A DNA stretch of 64,000 nucleotides from Nostoc sp. DedSLP01 (GCA_034530875.2 JAVRCJ020000013.1:96001-160000), one strand, 5' to 3'. Counted from the first letter of the stretch, positions 1-12,515 are shown. A program made the numbers and translations. Notes: generated by a model not told the origin, from the sequence alone.

Positions 1-1114
1 GTTTTTTAGACATTGTAGAGAGGCGTCCATATTTGTAATAGGCTGCACAAGCACCTTCAGAAGATACCATACAAGTGCCAATTGGTGTTTCGGGCGTGCA
101 AGCTGTACCAAATACTTTACATTCCCAAGGTTTTAATACGCCTTTGAGAATTTCTCCACATTTACATGCTTTATGGTCGGCTACTTTCACGTTAGGAATG
201 GTAAATTTAAGTTCGGCATCAAATTGAGCATATTCAGGTTGAATTTTTAATCCTGAATAGGGAATATCGCCTAAACCGCGCCACTCGAAAGTATCTCTTA
301 CAGCAAACACTTTATTGATGGCTTCTAGTGCTACTTTATTCCCAGCTTTTTGGGCAATTCGATTATATTGATTTTCAACTTGGCAACGATTTTCTACTAG
401 CTGTCGCAACAGCATCCAAATTGATTGAAGAATATCTAAAGGTTCAAACCCAGAAACGACAATTGGTTTATTATATTGTTGGGAAATAAATTCATAAGGG
501 TCAGTACCAATTACCATGCTGACATGACCAGGCCCGACAAATCCATCGAGTTGTAAATCGGGATTATTTAATAATGTTTTGAGAGCGGGAATCACAAGGA
601 CATGGTTGCAAAACATACTGAAGTTAGCAATTCCTTCAGTTGCGGCTTGCAGAATAGTGAAGGCGGTACTGGGGGCTGTGGTTTCAAAACCTAAAGCGAA
701 GAAAATTACTTCTTTGTCGGAGTTATCTTTAGCAATTTGTAAGCTATCTAGGGGAGAGTACACCATACGGATGTCTGCGCCTTGTGCCCTGACTTGGAGT
801 AAACTTGTTTTAGAACCAGGAACTCGCATGGCGTCGCCAAATGTGGCGAAGATGACGTTAGGATTTTGAGAGATAGCGATCGCATCATCTAATCTCCCCT
901 TTGGCATAACGCATACCGGACAACCAGGCCCGTGAATTAATTCAATGCGATCGGGTAAAATTTCTTCAATACCATATTTAAATATAGAGTGAGTATGCCC
1001 GCCACATACTTCCATAATTTTGAGAGGTTTTTCTATTTCTTCACACAATTTTGTAATTTCCCGGCATAACGCTTCAGCTTTTTCTCTCTCGCGGAATTCA
1101 TCAACATATTTCAT
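1..1114 (-). CDS. hypD: Hydrogenase maturation protein HypD (3' end runs off the window)
   Basis: Manual minus-strand translation from ATG at 1114: MKYVDEFRE..., MEVCGGHTHSIF, GPGCPVC, GFETT, PGHVS; directly downstream of hypC. Confidence 0.97.
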   Translation of the reverse strand, partial: MKYVDEFREREKAEALCREITKLCEEIEKPLKIMEVCGGHTHSIFKYGIEEILPDRIELIHGPGCPVCVMPKGRLDDAIAISQNPNVIFATFGDAMRVPGSKTSLLQVRAQGADIRMVYSPLDSLQIAKDNSDKEVIFFALGFETTAPSTAFTILQAATEGIANFSMFCNHVLVIPALKTLLNNPDLQLDGFVGPGHVSMVIGTDPYEFISQQYNKPIVVSGFEPLDILQSIWMLLRQLVENRCQVENQYNRIAQKAGNKVALEAINKVFAVRDTFEWRGLGDIPYSGLKIQPEYAQFDAELKFTIPNVKVADHKACKCGEILKGVLKPWECKVFGTACTPETPIGTCMVSSEGACAAYYKYGRLSTMSKK

Positions 1115-1240
1115 AGGAATAGAACCATAGTTTGTTTTAAACGAACCGCAAATGAACAAAAGAACTGAGTTTTAAAACTAATAAAATTCTCTTTTTTCTC
1201 TCTGCGCCTCTGCGCCTCTGCGTGAGAAAACTCTCTCCCT

Positions 1241-1501
1241 TCAATTCCTAATCTCCACCTGTGCTGCTGCTAACTCTTGCAACAACTCTAACGTTTCTGC
1301 TGCTTCTTCCTCATTAATTCGATTCATCGCAAAGCCAACATGCACTAACACCCAATCTCCAACACAAGCTTCAGCCGGATGTTCTTCATCAACGATGCAA
1401 GCAATATTTACTTCGCGCTTCACACCACCAACATCAACAATAGCTAACTTATGATTAACGTTGGTAATTTCAACAATTTGACCGGGAATTCCTAAACACA
1501 T
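1241..1501 (-). CDS. hypC: Hydrogenase assembly chaperone HypC
   Basis: MCLGIPGQ N-terminus, GDWVLVHVGFA motif. Confidence 0.98.
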   Translation of the reverse strand: MCLGIPGQIVEITNVNHKLAIVDVGGVKREVNIACIVDEEHPAEACVGDWVLVHVGFAMNRINEEEAAETLELLQELAAAQVEIRN

Positions 1502-1535
1502 TTTTAACTTCTTTGCGCCTTTACGTGAATTAAAT

Positions 1536-3908
1536 TTATCTTCTTAATTGTGCCACTGTAATAACTGCTTGTCCTAAAGATAACCCGCCATCATTAGCTG
1601 GAATTAAGCTGTGAGTCAATACTTTTATCCTCACCGTTTCTAATGATTTACTAACTAGCTCTAACAATACACAATTTTGAAATACTCCTCCTGTTAAAAC
1701 AACATGATGAATTACATTTTCTTGACAAAGAAGTTTAACCATTTCCACAATTGCATTAGCTAAACCTTTGTGAAATTTAGCAGCTATAACCGCTTTAGGA
1801 ATTTGTTGCTGCAAGTCATGAAGTAAAGCTTGCCACATTGGACGCGGGTCTATACAATAAATACTATCTAAAAAGCTAAATTTAAAAGGATATATTGGCA
1901 TTTCTTTATTATTATTTAAGCTGTTAATATTGACTAAAGCTTCCATTGCGATCGCTGCTTGTCCTTCATAGCTACATTCATCTCTATAAATACCGATAGC
2001 CGCCGCCACCGCATCGAACAACCTCCCCACTGAAGAAGCTGGAGGACAGTTAATTTTTTTCTCAATCAGTTGATTAACTAGCTTAATTGGCTTATTTTTC
2101 AAAAATTGAACTATTTCTAAATCAGCATACATTTCTTGGCAATCATCCCAAAGATTAGCAGCTATTAATTGGGCATAAGTATTACGCCAAGGCTGATATA
2201 TTGCTTGTTCGCCGCCAATCATCGCCACTGGTTTAAATCTTGCCAATCTCTGAAATTTTCGGTAATTTGCTAACAGAAATTCTCCACCCCACAGATTACC
2301 ATCTTCACCATAACCCAAACCATCTAAAGCAATACCTAATACTGGAGGCGAATCTAGAGGAATATTATTTTCCGCCATACAAGCAGCAATGTGCGCGTGA
2401 TGATGTTGAATTGGGTTAATTGTAATTTGATTTTTATCAGCGATTTTCTTCCCAATTTTACTTGAAAGATATTCAGGATGTTTATCGATCGCAATTATTT
2501 CTGGTTCGCGTTCAAATAAATTTAAATATAAACTCAAAGTTTCTTTATAGCTAGAAAAAGCCGCACCATTTTCTAAATTTCCCAGATGTTGCGAAAGAAT
2601 TGCTTCTTTTTCTCGCAACAAACAAAAAGTATTTTTTAACTCACTACCCATTGCTAAAATTGGCGGCACATTCTCAAATCCCGGCGGTAAACTAATCGCT
2701 GCTGGTGCGTATCCTCTAGCACGCCGAATTGTTTGAACTTTCTCGCCAACAACCCGCACCACCGAATCATCTACTCTATTAATAATATCCCGATTATGGA
2801 AAAGGAAATAATCAGCTATTGCCCCTAAATTCTGCCTAGCTTCATCATTATCAATACATTGCGGTTCATCAGCAATATTACCACTAGTTAAAACAATTGG
2901 CCGATTCATTCGTCGCAAAATTAAATGATGTAACGGCGTATAAGGTAGCATAAAACCAAGACTATTTTGCCCTGGTGCAACCGAAACCGCAATCTGAAAA
3001 TTCTGAGGAAAATTGTTCCCCGCGTCCCCGTGTGCCTTCCTCTCCAATAAAACAATAGGTGCAGCAGGACTTGTTAATAATTCTTTTTCCTTAATATTTA
3101 CAGTACAATACCGTTCAATTACTTCAATATCCCGTGCCATTAAAGCAAAAGGTTTATGATAGCGTCTTTTGCGATATCGCAATTTTTTTACAGCAATTTC
3201 TTGAGTTGCATCGCAAGCTAAATGAAAACCACCTAAACCTTTAATTGCGACAATTTCACCTCTTTGCAATAGGGTACAAACCGCATCAACGTCATCTAAC
3301 ATCGAAAACATGGAAGCAGTAACCGCTTTCCCATCTGCGCGTTCTAACCAAGCCGAAGCACCACAAGCATGGCAAGCTACTGGTTGGGCGTGAAAACGGC
3401 GATTTTCTACATCAAAGTATTCCTTTGCACATTCGGAACACATGACAAACGCAGACATACTGGTATTGCATCTGTCATAAGGAATGGCACGAATAATACT
3501 CAACCGAGGGCCGCAATGAGTACAGTTAGTAAAAGGGTAACGGTAAAAGCGGCTAAAAGGGTCAAATATTTCTTTCTGACATTCCGGACAAGTCGCTGCA
3601 TCAGGAGCAATTTCTGTTTTAATTGCACTATTGACGCTAGTAGAAATCACAAAATTATCAACGTCCAATTCACCTACGTAAGGAGTTCTTATTAATTCAC
3701 TAATTTTGGCTAAGGGCGGACATTCTATTTGCAATTTATTAACGAATTCTGTTATCGCTTGTTCACTACCAGATACGCGAATTAAAACACCTTCGCCATC
3801 ATTACAAACATCTCCACCCAAACCGCAAACTTTAGCAAGACGATATACAGTAGGACGAAATCCTACTCCCTGAACAGTACCATGAACTCTAATTTCTTCA
3901 GCCACCAT
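1536..3908 (-). CDS. hypF: Carbamoyltransferase HypF
   Basis: Acylphosphatase GTVQGVGFRP, two CxxC zinc fingers, YrdC-like domain, QHHHAH, PANDGGLSLGQ. Confidence 0.98.
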   Translation of the reverse strand: MVAEEIRVHGTVQGVGFRPTVYRLAKVCGLGGDVCNDGEGVLIRVSGSEQAITEFVNKLQIECPPLAKISELIRTPYVGELDVDNFVISTSVNSAIKTEIAPDAATCPECQKEIFDPFSRFYRYPFTNCTHCGPRLSIIRAIPYDRCNTSMSAFVMCSECAKEYFDVENRRFHAQPVACHACGASAWLERADGKAVTASMFSMLDDVDAVCTLLQRGEIVAIKGLGGFHLACDATQEIAVKKLRYRKRRYHKPFALMARDIEVIERYCTVNIKEKELLTSPAAPIVLLERKAHGDAGNNFPQNFQIAVSVAPGQNSLGFMLPYTPLHHLILRRMNRPIVLTSGNIADEPQCIDNDEARQNLGAIADYFLFHNRDIINRVDDSVVRVVGEKVQTIRRARGYAPAAISLPPGFENVPPILAMGSELKNTFCLLREKEAILSQHLGNLENGAAFSSYKETLSLYLNLFEREPEIIAIDKHPEYLSSKIGKKIADKNQITINPIQHHHAHIAACMAENNIPLDSPPVLGIALDGLGYGEDGNLWGGEFLLANYRKFQRLARFKPVAMIGGEQAIYQPWRNTYAQLIAANLWDDCQEMYADLEIVQFLKNKPIKLVNQLIEKKINCPPASSVGRLFDAVAAAIGIYRDECSYEGQAAIAMEALVNINSLNNNKEMPIYPFKFSFLDSIYCIDPRPMWQALLHDLQQQIPKAVIAAKFHKGLANAIVEMVKLLCQENVIHHVVLTGGVFQNCVLLELVSKSLETVRIKVLTHSLIPANDGGLSLGQAVITVAQLRR

Positions 3909-3970
3909 ATAAATCTGACTTTTAAAAATTACGAATTACGTTAGCGCAGCGGGGCGTAGCCCATTACGAA

Positions 3971-5182
3971 TTACGAATTATTAAACTGCCACAGCAAAAT
4001 TCGATTATTTCCAGAATCAGCTATTACTGCCGTCTTGCCACAAAATTTTATGCTGTAACACCAATTTAAACTATCTCGTTTTGGTAGCCCAAAATCACGA
4101 TTTTCACTTTTACTTTGAAAATTATTTTGTCCGGTAATGGCATCTGCCGTTGCACCTTGCAATAATAAAATTGACTCTGGCTTTCTCCATCGTAACAACC
4201 GAGAATTTGCAGTATCCGCAACTACTAACCAATCTCCAGCTACACCCACACCATAAGGCATACTCAAGCTACTAGCACTAGGATAATAAACTCCTTGATT
4301 CATTTCCACACTATTAAAGTTTTTCTGCCCTAAAACTACTGCACAAGGAGTATTATTTTCTATCGGTATTCCTTGCCAAATCATAACGCGGTTATTGCCG
4401 GCATCGCTGATAACTAAATTTTCTCCCCAAAAAGTAATATCATGACACCAACGCATACTCGCCGCAGTTGGAGAACCACCGCCGTTTTCATTGCGAGATA
4501 TCATATCTGGCTGTCCCAAAACTATATCAGCAGGTTGGCCATTTTCTGTTGGTAATTGATGCCAAATTAATACCCTGCGATTTCCTGTATCAGCAACAAA
4601 TAGCCGTCCTTGATGATAGAAAATACCATAAGGCCAGTGCATTGTACTAGCAGATGCTTGTTGAGTTCCTCTATTTGGTTCGTTATCAATAAAATTAACT
4701 TGACCTAATACTAAATCTGCTGGTACATTACTGTCTTCTGGTAAATTTTTCCAAATCAAAACTCGATGATTCCAAGCATCTGCTACAGCTAAACCTTCGC
4801 CACAGCTACAAACTCCAGTTGGTACATTTAAAGTATTTCTTCCTGTCGCACCTTTAGCATTTTGCCCTTCATGATAAAAGTCAGGTTGCCCAATTACCCA
4901 ATCAGCCGCTTGACTATCTTTTGTCGGTAAATTCCGCCATCCCAACAATCGATGATGTCCTGTATCTGACACCCATAATAAACCATTTGAGAACAAACAA
5001 GCACCACGAGGCCCAAACATTGTAGTCGGAGTGGGTGCTACAGGCATCACTAATTGTTCTGCTTCAAGAATATTCCCTAAAATTACCTCTGCCCCCTGAG
5101 GTGAAAAAGGTAACTTTTGAGGAGTTGCTGTTGTTTCTGGCGGTAATGGTGGTGTCGGATGAATTGTAATTGGGATATCCAT
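3971..5182 (-). CDS. NHL-repeat beta-propeller protein (hyp-upstream accessory gene)
   Basis: Repeated VxDTGNxRVLIW...ADxVxGQ units; position upstream of hypF as in the extended hyp operon of N2-fixing cyanobacteria. Confidence 0.88.
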   Translation of the reverse strand: MDIPITIHPTPPLPPETTATPQKLPFSPQGAEVILGNILEAEQLVMPVAPTPTTMFGPRGACLFSNGLLWVSDTGHHRLLGWRNLPTKDSQAADWVIGQPDFYHEGQNAKGATGRNTLNVPTGVCSCGEGLAVADAWNHRVLIWKNLPEDSNVPADLVLGQVNFIDNEPNRGTQQASASTMHWPYGIFYHQGRLFVADTGNRRVLIWHQLPTENGQPADIVLGQPDMISRNENGGGSPTAASMRWCHDITFWGENLVISDAGNNRVMIWQGIPIENNTPCAVVLGQKNFNSVEMNQGVYYPSASSLSMPYGVGVAGDWLVVADTANSRLLRWRKPESILLLQGATADAITGQNNFQSKSENRDFGLPKRDSLNWCYSIKFCGKTAVIADSGNNRILLWQFNNS

Positions 5183-5445
5183 GAAGCGTAAATAGAGGGT
5201 GATAAATATTTAAAATCATTAATTTTTAAAAGCATGTAGCAACAGTAACATTTTAATAAAATTGTTAAAACTCAAGGTGTCGAAACAAGATAAAATAAAA
5301 GCAATTAAATTTATTTTTGGATAAATGCGATCGCATCCATATTTCAGTTTAAAGTCAAGAGTCAAAAGTCTAGGCTTTACCCTCTACTTTTGACTGATTT
5401 CAACCTATAAGAACAAAAATATGACACTTGTAAATACTAGATGCG

Positions 5446-6315
5446 TCAAAATTTTTGCAGTTTCACAAAAATCTTATCACCTTTAATGTTGACTGGATAT
5501 GACTGAAGCGAAATATCAGGTACAGTCAAACATTTTCCTGTCTCTAAATTATACTCAAATCCATGAGAAGGGCAAGTAATAATACCATTTTCAACCTTAC
5601 CGTCTTCTAAAGGATTTCCTAAATGAGCGCAAGCATTACGGTAACATTTAAACGTAACACCTTGGCGATATAAAATTAGCGAAGTACCAGCAAGTTGTAC
5701 TGTTAACACGCCCAATTGGGTAACTTGTTCGATAGTTGCTACTTTTACCCAACTAGAAGTTAACTGCGAAGAAAATGGACTGATGAAATTAGAATTTGCA
5801 GTTTTAAGAGTAGAGTCATGATTGACAGTGACAACTTTCGTAATTTCAGGACAATGGTTTTTAATGGCTTGTTCTACTCCCTGAGATAAAGTTAAAGTAG
5901 AAGCCGGACAACTGCTGCAAGTTCCTATTAATTTAACTTCTACTGTATCCGGTGGTTTAATTGCCACTAATTCTACATCTCCGTCATGGCTTTTTAAGCC
6001 TGGGCGAACTTCTTCAAGGGCAGCTTGAATGCGCTGTTCTAGTGCTGGTTTTGGCGGTTTAACTAATTCGTGATAAAGCAATACTGCATATACTACTTCA
6101 TCGCTAACAGCATGACGCAAAGCTGGCATTGATTCTTCTTTGAGACTTTTAATCAAATTAGTCAATGCTACTTTATGCAAAGCTTCAATTGCTCTTTTTA
6201 AACCTACTGCTACACACCTTTGGCTTTCATCCCACTCGGATATAATTGCCTCAAAGCGGTTAATTTCCCGAACTAATTCTTCAAGGTTAGACATAGAATG
6301 TGGGGCATAGTGCAT
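5446..6315 (-). CDS. NifU-C domain plus Rieske [2Fe-2S] domain protein
   Basis: VRPGLKSHDGDVEL...GTCSSCPAS (NifU C-terminal) followed by CAHLG...CPSHG Rieske ligands. Confidence 0.9.
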   Translation of the reverse strand: MHYAPHSMSNLEELVREINRFEAIISEWDESQRCVAVGLKRAIEALHKVALTNLIKSLKEESMPALRHAVSDEVVYAVLLYHELVKPPKPALEQRIQAALEEVRPGLKSHDGDVELVAIKPPDTVEVKLIGTCSSCPASTLTLSQGVEQAIKNHCPEITKVVTVNHDSTLKTANSNFISPFSSQLTSSWVKVATIEQVTQLGVLTVQLAGTSLILYRQGVTFKCYRNACAHLGNPLEDGKVENGIITCPSHGFEYNLETGKCLTVPDISLQSYPVNIKGDKIFVKLQKF

Positions 6316-6379
6316 TGGGCATTGGTTATTTAGAAATTTCTAATGACCAATGACCAATAACTAATGACAAATATACAAC

Positions 6380-6604
6380 TCACTTAGTTTTGAAATCTTT
6401 GAGGAGAAATGGGGTAATTATTCCTGTCGCTAAGCTAGATATTGTTATTGGTAAGCAGAAAGGAAGTTCTGTTTGTGCAAATAACACTAGCAGTAGCGAA
6501 CCTACAGCACTAGCAATAGCAGTTTGTTGGAAAAAATATATAGGGTCGCGCAGTAGCTTTCCTTTCAAGAATAATTTAGCAGAATACCAGCCAAGTTGTA
6601 ACAT
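6380..6604 (-). CDS. Small membrane protein of the hup/hyp accessory cluster
   Basis: 74 aa with two hydrophobic segments, tightly spaced in the operon. Confidence 0.75.
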   Translation of the reverse strand: MLQLGWYSAKLFLKGKLLRDPIYFFQQTAIASAVGSLLLVLFAQTELPFCLPITISSLATGIITPFLLKDFKTK

Positions 6605-6612
6605 ATTTCCTC

Positions 6613-6879
6613 CTAAGAACTAGTTAAAAAATTGAGTATGGCTAGCCCTATAACAATGGCAGGAATTACGCCAGCAGGAGCAAATAAAGCACCAAGCATG
6701 GCTGAAAACTGATAGCCTATGTCTTTACCTGCTAATAGCATCCCGCCAATAGCACCGCCAATCATAGATAAAACTGTTGCTGTAACTAGCCAGACAAATT
6801 CTGTTGCAATGTTCAGTTTACCTGCTGCTAAATTTGTAAGGAAATCTCCTGTAGTAATGGTTAGCAATATATCTTGCAT
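6613..6879 (-). CDS. Small membrane protein of the hup/hyp accessory cluster
   Basis: 88 aa, Gly-rich hydrophobic helices (SMIGGAIGGMLLAG). Confidence 0.75.
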   Translation of the reverse strand: MQDILLTITTGDFLTNLAAGKLNIATEFVWLVTATVLSMIGGAIGGMLLAGKDIGYQFSAMLGALFAPAGVIPAIVIGLAILNFLTSS

Positions 6880-6972
6880 CCTCTATTTTCCTGTAGGCTT
6901 GAGTTGGGGGGTTGAAGGTTAGAAGTGAAGAGTTAAGTTAGATAAAAATTCATAACTTCTAGCTCATAACTC

Positions 6973-7941
6973 CTAACTATTAATTTCTAATTGCACCTCT
7001 TGTAATGCTTTGGCTACTATTTCAGCTTGTTCGATTTGCTGATATTTAGTAAATATTTCTAAAGCTTGCTGATAGTATGCACGCGCTTGTAATAGGTTTT
7101 TATGATTACCTGCCTCTGGTTTTTCTGGGTCATCGAGTAAGTTAAATAAGGCGTTAGCTTTGTTGGAAATTGTGTTGGCGTACTCTAGGGGCGTATCTTT
7201 GGAATTACGCACTTTTAAAGCTTCGTCATAAGCCGCGATCGCTCTTAAGTTATTCTCCACAGGATGGGAACTTACTAAATATTGCAAAGCGTTACCCAAA
7301 TTATTTTGCAACATCGCATATTCTCTAGGATGGTCAATCAGATTAATATGCTTTAGTGCCGTCTCAAATGATTGCACTGCTAGCCCTTGACGCAAGTATT
7401 CCCGTTCCGATGCTAAGGGCATGGAAAGATAAGCGATCGCAATATTATTGTATAAAATAGCATATTCTTGTGGGTAATCCTGCCAAGTAAATACCTGCAA
7501 AGCTTGATGATAAGCTTGGATACTATCAGTTATCCTCGCTAAATTATACGGCACAAGTGACTGTAACACTAGCCCGAAATTCATCTGTGCTTCTGCCAAT
7601 TCCTCTGGCGAAGCTAATTGTTGTAAAACTGGTATCGCTTCTTCATAACCGGCTTTCGCTTCCACTAGCAGTTGCGTGCTAACATCCGGTATTGCCTGTA
7701 ACGTTCCTGCCATCCCCACTTGCGCCCTGGCTTTCAGTAGGGGATACTCCTCACCAGACATTTCATAAGCCCGGTAATATAAGCTAACTGCATTCCGCAA
7801 ATCTTGTGCTGTTTTGGGCTTTTTTTGAAAGCCTTGTGCAATCTCAATCAGCATTTGAATTTTTTCATCTGCTGAAGCTGACTCCGACGCAACAGCCGCG
7901 ATCGCAGCCTTCACCGCTGAATCTGTAATGCTAGGGGTCAT
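6973..7941 (-). CDS. Tetratricopeptide-repeat protein (ATG at 7941 preferred; track start 7992)
   Basis: Repeated YAxxQNNLGxA / AIxAYxxAL TPR-like helices. Confidence 0.85.
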   Translation of the reverse strand: MTPSITDSAVKAAIAAVASESASADEKIQMLIEIAQGFQKKPKTAQDLRNAVSLYYRAYEMSGEEYPLLKARAQVGMAGTLQAIPDVSTQLLVEAKAGYEEAIPVLQQLASPEELAEAQMNFGLVLQSLVPYNLARITDSIQAYHQALQVFTWQDYPQEYAILYNNIAIAYLSMPLASEREYLRQGLAVQSFETALKHINLIDHPREYAMLQNNLGNALQYLVSSHPVENNLRAIAAYDEALKVRNSKDTPLEYANTISNKANALFNLLDDPEKPEAGNHKNLLQARAYYQQALEIFTKYQQIEQAEIVAKALQEVQLEINS

Positions 7942-8299
7942 AACTCTGCCATACTCTAGCCAATTAGAATTTGAGTCTCTTGACACCCACAAATGATTAA
8001 GACACTATGAATCGCATCTCATCACGGGCCATACTGATTTACGCAGGCTTCGAGTCCTTTTGGCGGAATTCCCCATAGAATGAGGGACTGGGGATTGGGG
8101 AGATTATAAAAAAGAAAAAGCTTCTCACTCTTCCCGACGCCCAATACCCAATCTCTAAAATATAAAACATCCTATTTCTGAAATTCTAGGGGGGAATTGC
8201 CAATATTAATGTCAGTTTTAAACACCTGATATTTGGAAAATATTTTTTGTATCATCACAAGACATAATCAAAATATTCTTTATATAGCAGTCCTAAAAA

Positions 8300-8332
8300 A
8301 GATCCCCGACTTCTTCAATAAGTCGGGGATCT
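8300..8332. repeat. Palindromic hairpin AGATCCCCGACTT-N7-AAGTCGGGGATCT
   Basis: Perfect 13-bp stem in the divergent hyp/hup intergenic region. Confidence 0.8.
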
Positions 8333-8489
8333 GAGCCTCTTGACAATCTATTGAGAAGGCAGTCCCAATGAAACAAGTTTTACCATCAAGCATGAAAGTA
8401 TCTTTCTACCTCTGCCTCCCCTGCTCAATAACTGCTTTTTCAAGTCAGGAGGCAGAAGGTTTTATTTTTATTTTTAGGATTTTTTTATT

Positions 8490-8532
8490 TGTCAAGGATT
8501 TTACATAAATTCCAAAAATAATAGTTTAAATT
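8490..8532 (+). promoter_or_regulatory. Candidate NtcA-type class II promoter for hupSL (GTC-N8-TAC-N22-TAAATT)
   Basis: tGTCaaggatttTACa at 8490-8505, with a TAN3T box at 8527-8532 exactly 22 nt later; the region is AT-rich, so a chance match is possible. Confidence 0.3.
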
Positions 8533-8804
8533 AACTTTGATGGAATCTCTGCCAATGTTAATAATTAATTCTTTTTTAATAAAAAAGAGTTGAATCAAAA
8601 AATACCTTATGTTGAAAAATAAATATAAAGAAACAAGTGACACTCTACAAGTTCCATCGCCTACATGATGCATCATCAACAGTGCTGAGTAGGAAGTAGG
8701 GAGTGAGTAAAATCGGGTAAATGAGGAAGTAGGGGAAAAACTTCGTAACTCCTAAATTAGAACTTAGCACTGAGTCTGGTAAACAATAGAAAAATATATA
8801 GCCG

Positions 8805-9767
<963 letters not shown>

Positions 9768-9905
9768 TCATTAGTAGAGACGCGATTAATCGCGTCTGTA
9801 CAATAGTCATTTGTCCTTTGTCATTTGTGAAAAACCAATGACCCGACCGATGACTGATGACCGATGACCAAAGACCAATGACCAATGACTAAGGACTAAT
9901 GACAA
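9768..9905. repeat. hupS-hupL intergenic heptamer (STRR-type) repeats in inverted arrangement plus a GTAG palindrome
   Basis: GTCATT(T/A)G units followed by (A/G)ATGAC(C/T) units; GTAGAGACGCGATTAATCGCGTCTGTAC inside. Confidence 0.85.
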
Positions 9906-10416
<511 letters not shown>

Positions 10417-10619
10417 AAATAAATTGAGGAATTGCTTATATAGTAAGGATTTTCCAGGATAGGTGTAATGATTCCCTGGCTTTTCCTTAAATTAGGGGAT
10501 AAACCCACCGCGAACTACATCATAAGCAAAGATAGCAAGCAGCAAATCCATTTATTTTTCTCTGCTAAAAGTTATTTGATTTTCTCAGATATTACCTAAT
10601 TTTTCCCTAATTTAGATTA

Positions 10620-10654
10620 GCGATGTCTAGCGACAAGCCGCTCCGCGTCTACGC
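10620..10654 (+). repeat. SDR5-like small repeat inserted in a HIP1 site
   Basis: GCGAT^GTCTAGCGACAAGCCGCTCCGCGTCTA^CGC, a 27-nt insert splitting GCGATCGC. Confidence 0.7.
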
Positions 10655-10961
10655 AGTTAAGAAAGTTCAACACAAGTAGTTAAGTATAATTATTTTTTTA
10701 ACCTTGAAATATAAAGCTGGATTTTTGTCAATATAAATACGTAAATAATATTATTTTTATTTAAAAAATCACATTTTATTTTGGGTATATAAGTATTAAT
10801 TTCTTTATTTGGAAATTGAGCGATCGTTTTCCCAAATCCCAATATATCAAGCACCATAACCATTTCCCTTGAGAATTATACATAAATCAGTTAGCCTTTC
10901 CTGCCTCGCCCCAACCCCAAAATCATCTAAACTCAAAGTGTCCGCCAACTGCCAAAATCCC

Positions 10962-12515
10962 ATGTCTCGCTGGTTCAACATTGCAGGCCCGTGTCAAGCC
11001 GACAAACACTATATGCTACCCCCTACCAGTCGTCTCCCCGACTGGGAAATGCTGATTGAACAAGAAAGTTATTTTGTCGTTCATGCACCACGACAAACGG
11101 GGAAAACCACAGCAATGCTAGCCCTAGCGCAGGAACTTACCGCCACTGGACGTTATGCAGCAGTAGTGGTATCCGCGGAGGTAGGAAGTGCATTTAATCA
11201 TGACCCAGGTGCAGCAGAATTGGCGATTTTGGGAACTTGGTACGATACAATTTCGATCCGATTACCCAATGAATTGCAACCACCTGTTAAGGGGCAAAAA
11301 GAAGAACCAGGACGCAGAATTAGGGCTTTTTTACAGGCTTGGGCACAGTCTTCCCCCCGACCTTTGGTATTATTTATTGATGAAATTGACTCTCTACAAG
11401 ACCAAACACTAATTTCAGTTTTACGCCAATTACGAGATGGTTTTCCCAATCGTCCAGAAAATTTTCCCTCGTCTGTAGGATTAATTGGTTTAAGGGATGT
11501 GCGAGATTATAAAGTAGCATCCGGAGGTAGTGACAGATTAAACACATCCAGTCCTTTTAATATTAAAGTCACTTCGATTACCCTAAGAAATTTTAATGCT
11601 TCAGAAGTTGCAGAACTATATCAACAACATACAGAAGAGACAGGACAAATTTTCACTCCAGAAGCCACAGCAACAGCCTTTGATTTAACCCAGGGACAGC
11701 CTTGGTTAGTGAATGCTCTAGCAAAGGAAATTGTAGAAAAAATGGTTAAAGATAGAAGTATTTCTATTACAAAAGAACATATTTTACAAGCCAAGGAAAT
11801 ATTAATTGCCCGTCAAGATACTCATCTCGATAGTTTAGCCGAACGCTTACGGGAACCAAGAATAAAAGCGATTATCGAGCCGATGTTAGCAGGTTTGGAA
11901 TTGGGGGATATACCCAACGATGATATTCAATTTGTGATTGACTTGGGATTGTGTAAAATGCATCCCCAGGGTGGATTAACCATTGCTAATCCAATTTATC
12001 GGGAAGTTTTACCCAGGGTGTTAACGGTGACACCGATGGCTTCTCTACCAATGATTGCACCGACTTGGTTAACCCCAGAAAGAGAGTTAAATATAGATGC
12101 ATTACTAGAAGCATTTCTCAAGTTTTGGCGACAGCACGGGGAACCGTTATTAGGTAGTACTGGCTATCATGAAATCGCCCCCCACATCGTATTAATGGCT
12201 TTCTTGCATCGTGTTGTTAACGGTGGTGGAACCTTGGAGAGGGAATATGCAATTGGTAGTGACAGAATGGATTTATGTCTGCGTTACAAAGATGTAACTT
12301 TAGGTATCGAGTTAAAGGTATGGCGCGAGAAAAAGCGCGACCCCCTGAGTGAGGGGATTGAGCAATTAGAATCTTATTTAGGGCGTTTGGGGTTGGATTT
12401 TGGTTGGTTATTTGTGTTTGACAGGCGTAAAAATGCCCTACCAATGGAAGAACGTTTGTCAACTGAGGTTGTGCTGACAGAAAATCAGCGTGCGATTACT
12501 GTGATTCGGGCGTGA
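10962..12515 (+). CDS. AAA-type P-loop ATPase with C-terminal PD-(D/E)xK nuclease-like domain
   Basis: Walker A APRQTGKTT, Walker B LVLFIDEID, C-terminal REY..GSDRMDL...GIELK; ATG at 10962 preferred over track start. Confidence 0.82.
   Translation: MSRWFNIAGPCQADKHYMLPPTSRLPDWEMLIEQESYFVVHAPRQTGKTTAMLALAQELTATGRYAAVVVSAEVGSAFNHDPGAAELAILGTWYDTISIRLPNELQPPVKGQKEEPGRRIRAFLQAWAQSSPRPLVLFIDEIDSLQDQTLISVLRQLRDGFPNRPENFPSSVGLIGLRDVRDYKVASGGSDRLNTSSPFNIKVTSITLRNFNASEVAELYQQHTEETGQIFTPEATATAFDLTQGQPWLVNALAKEIVEKMVKDRSISITKEHILQAKEILIARQDTHLDSLAERLREPRIKAIIEPMLAGLELGDIPNDDIQFVIDLGLCKMHPQGGLTIANPIYREVLPRVLTVTPMASLPMIAPTWLTPERELNIDALLEAFLKFWRQHGEPLLGSTGYHEIAPHIVLMAFLHRVVNGGGTLEREYAIGSDRMDLCLRYKDVTLGIELKVWREKKRDPLSEGIEQLESYLGRLGLDFGWLFVFDRRKNALPMEERLSTEVVLTENQRAITVIRA

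Noticed and set aside
9768..9905. Tandem repeat arrays here and near 20316, 23075, 25507, 31229, 34045 and 34676 as possible CRISPR arrays
   Set aside because: These are 7-bp STRR-type units with no 25-40 bp repeat/unique spacer structure, and there are no cas genes in the window.
10417..10427. hupL as a simple truncated pseudogene ending MEIN*
   Set aside because: The stop lies inside the excision element; the direct repeats and intact xisC predict a restored gene.
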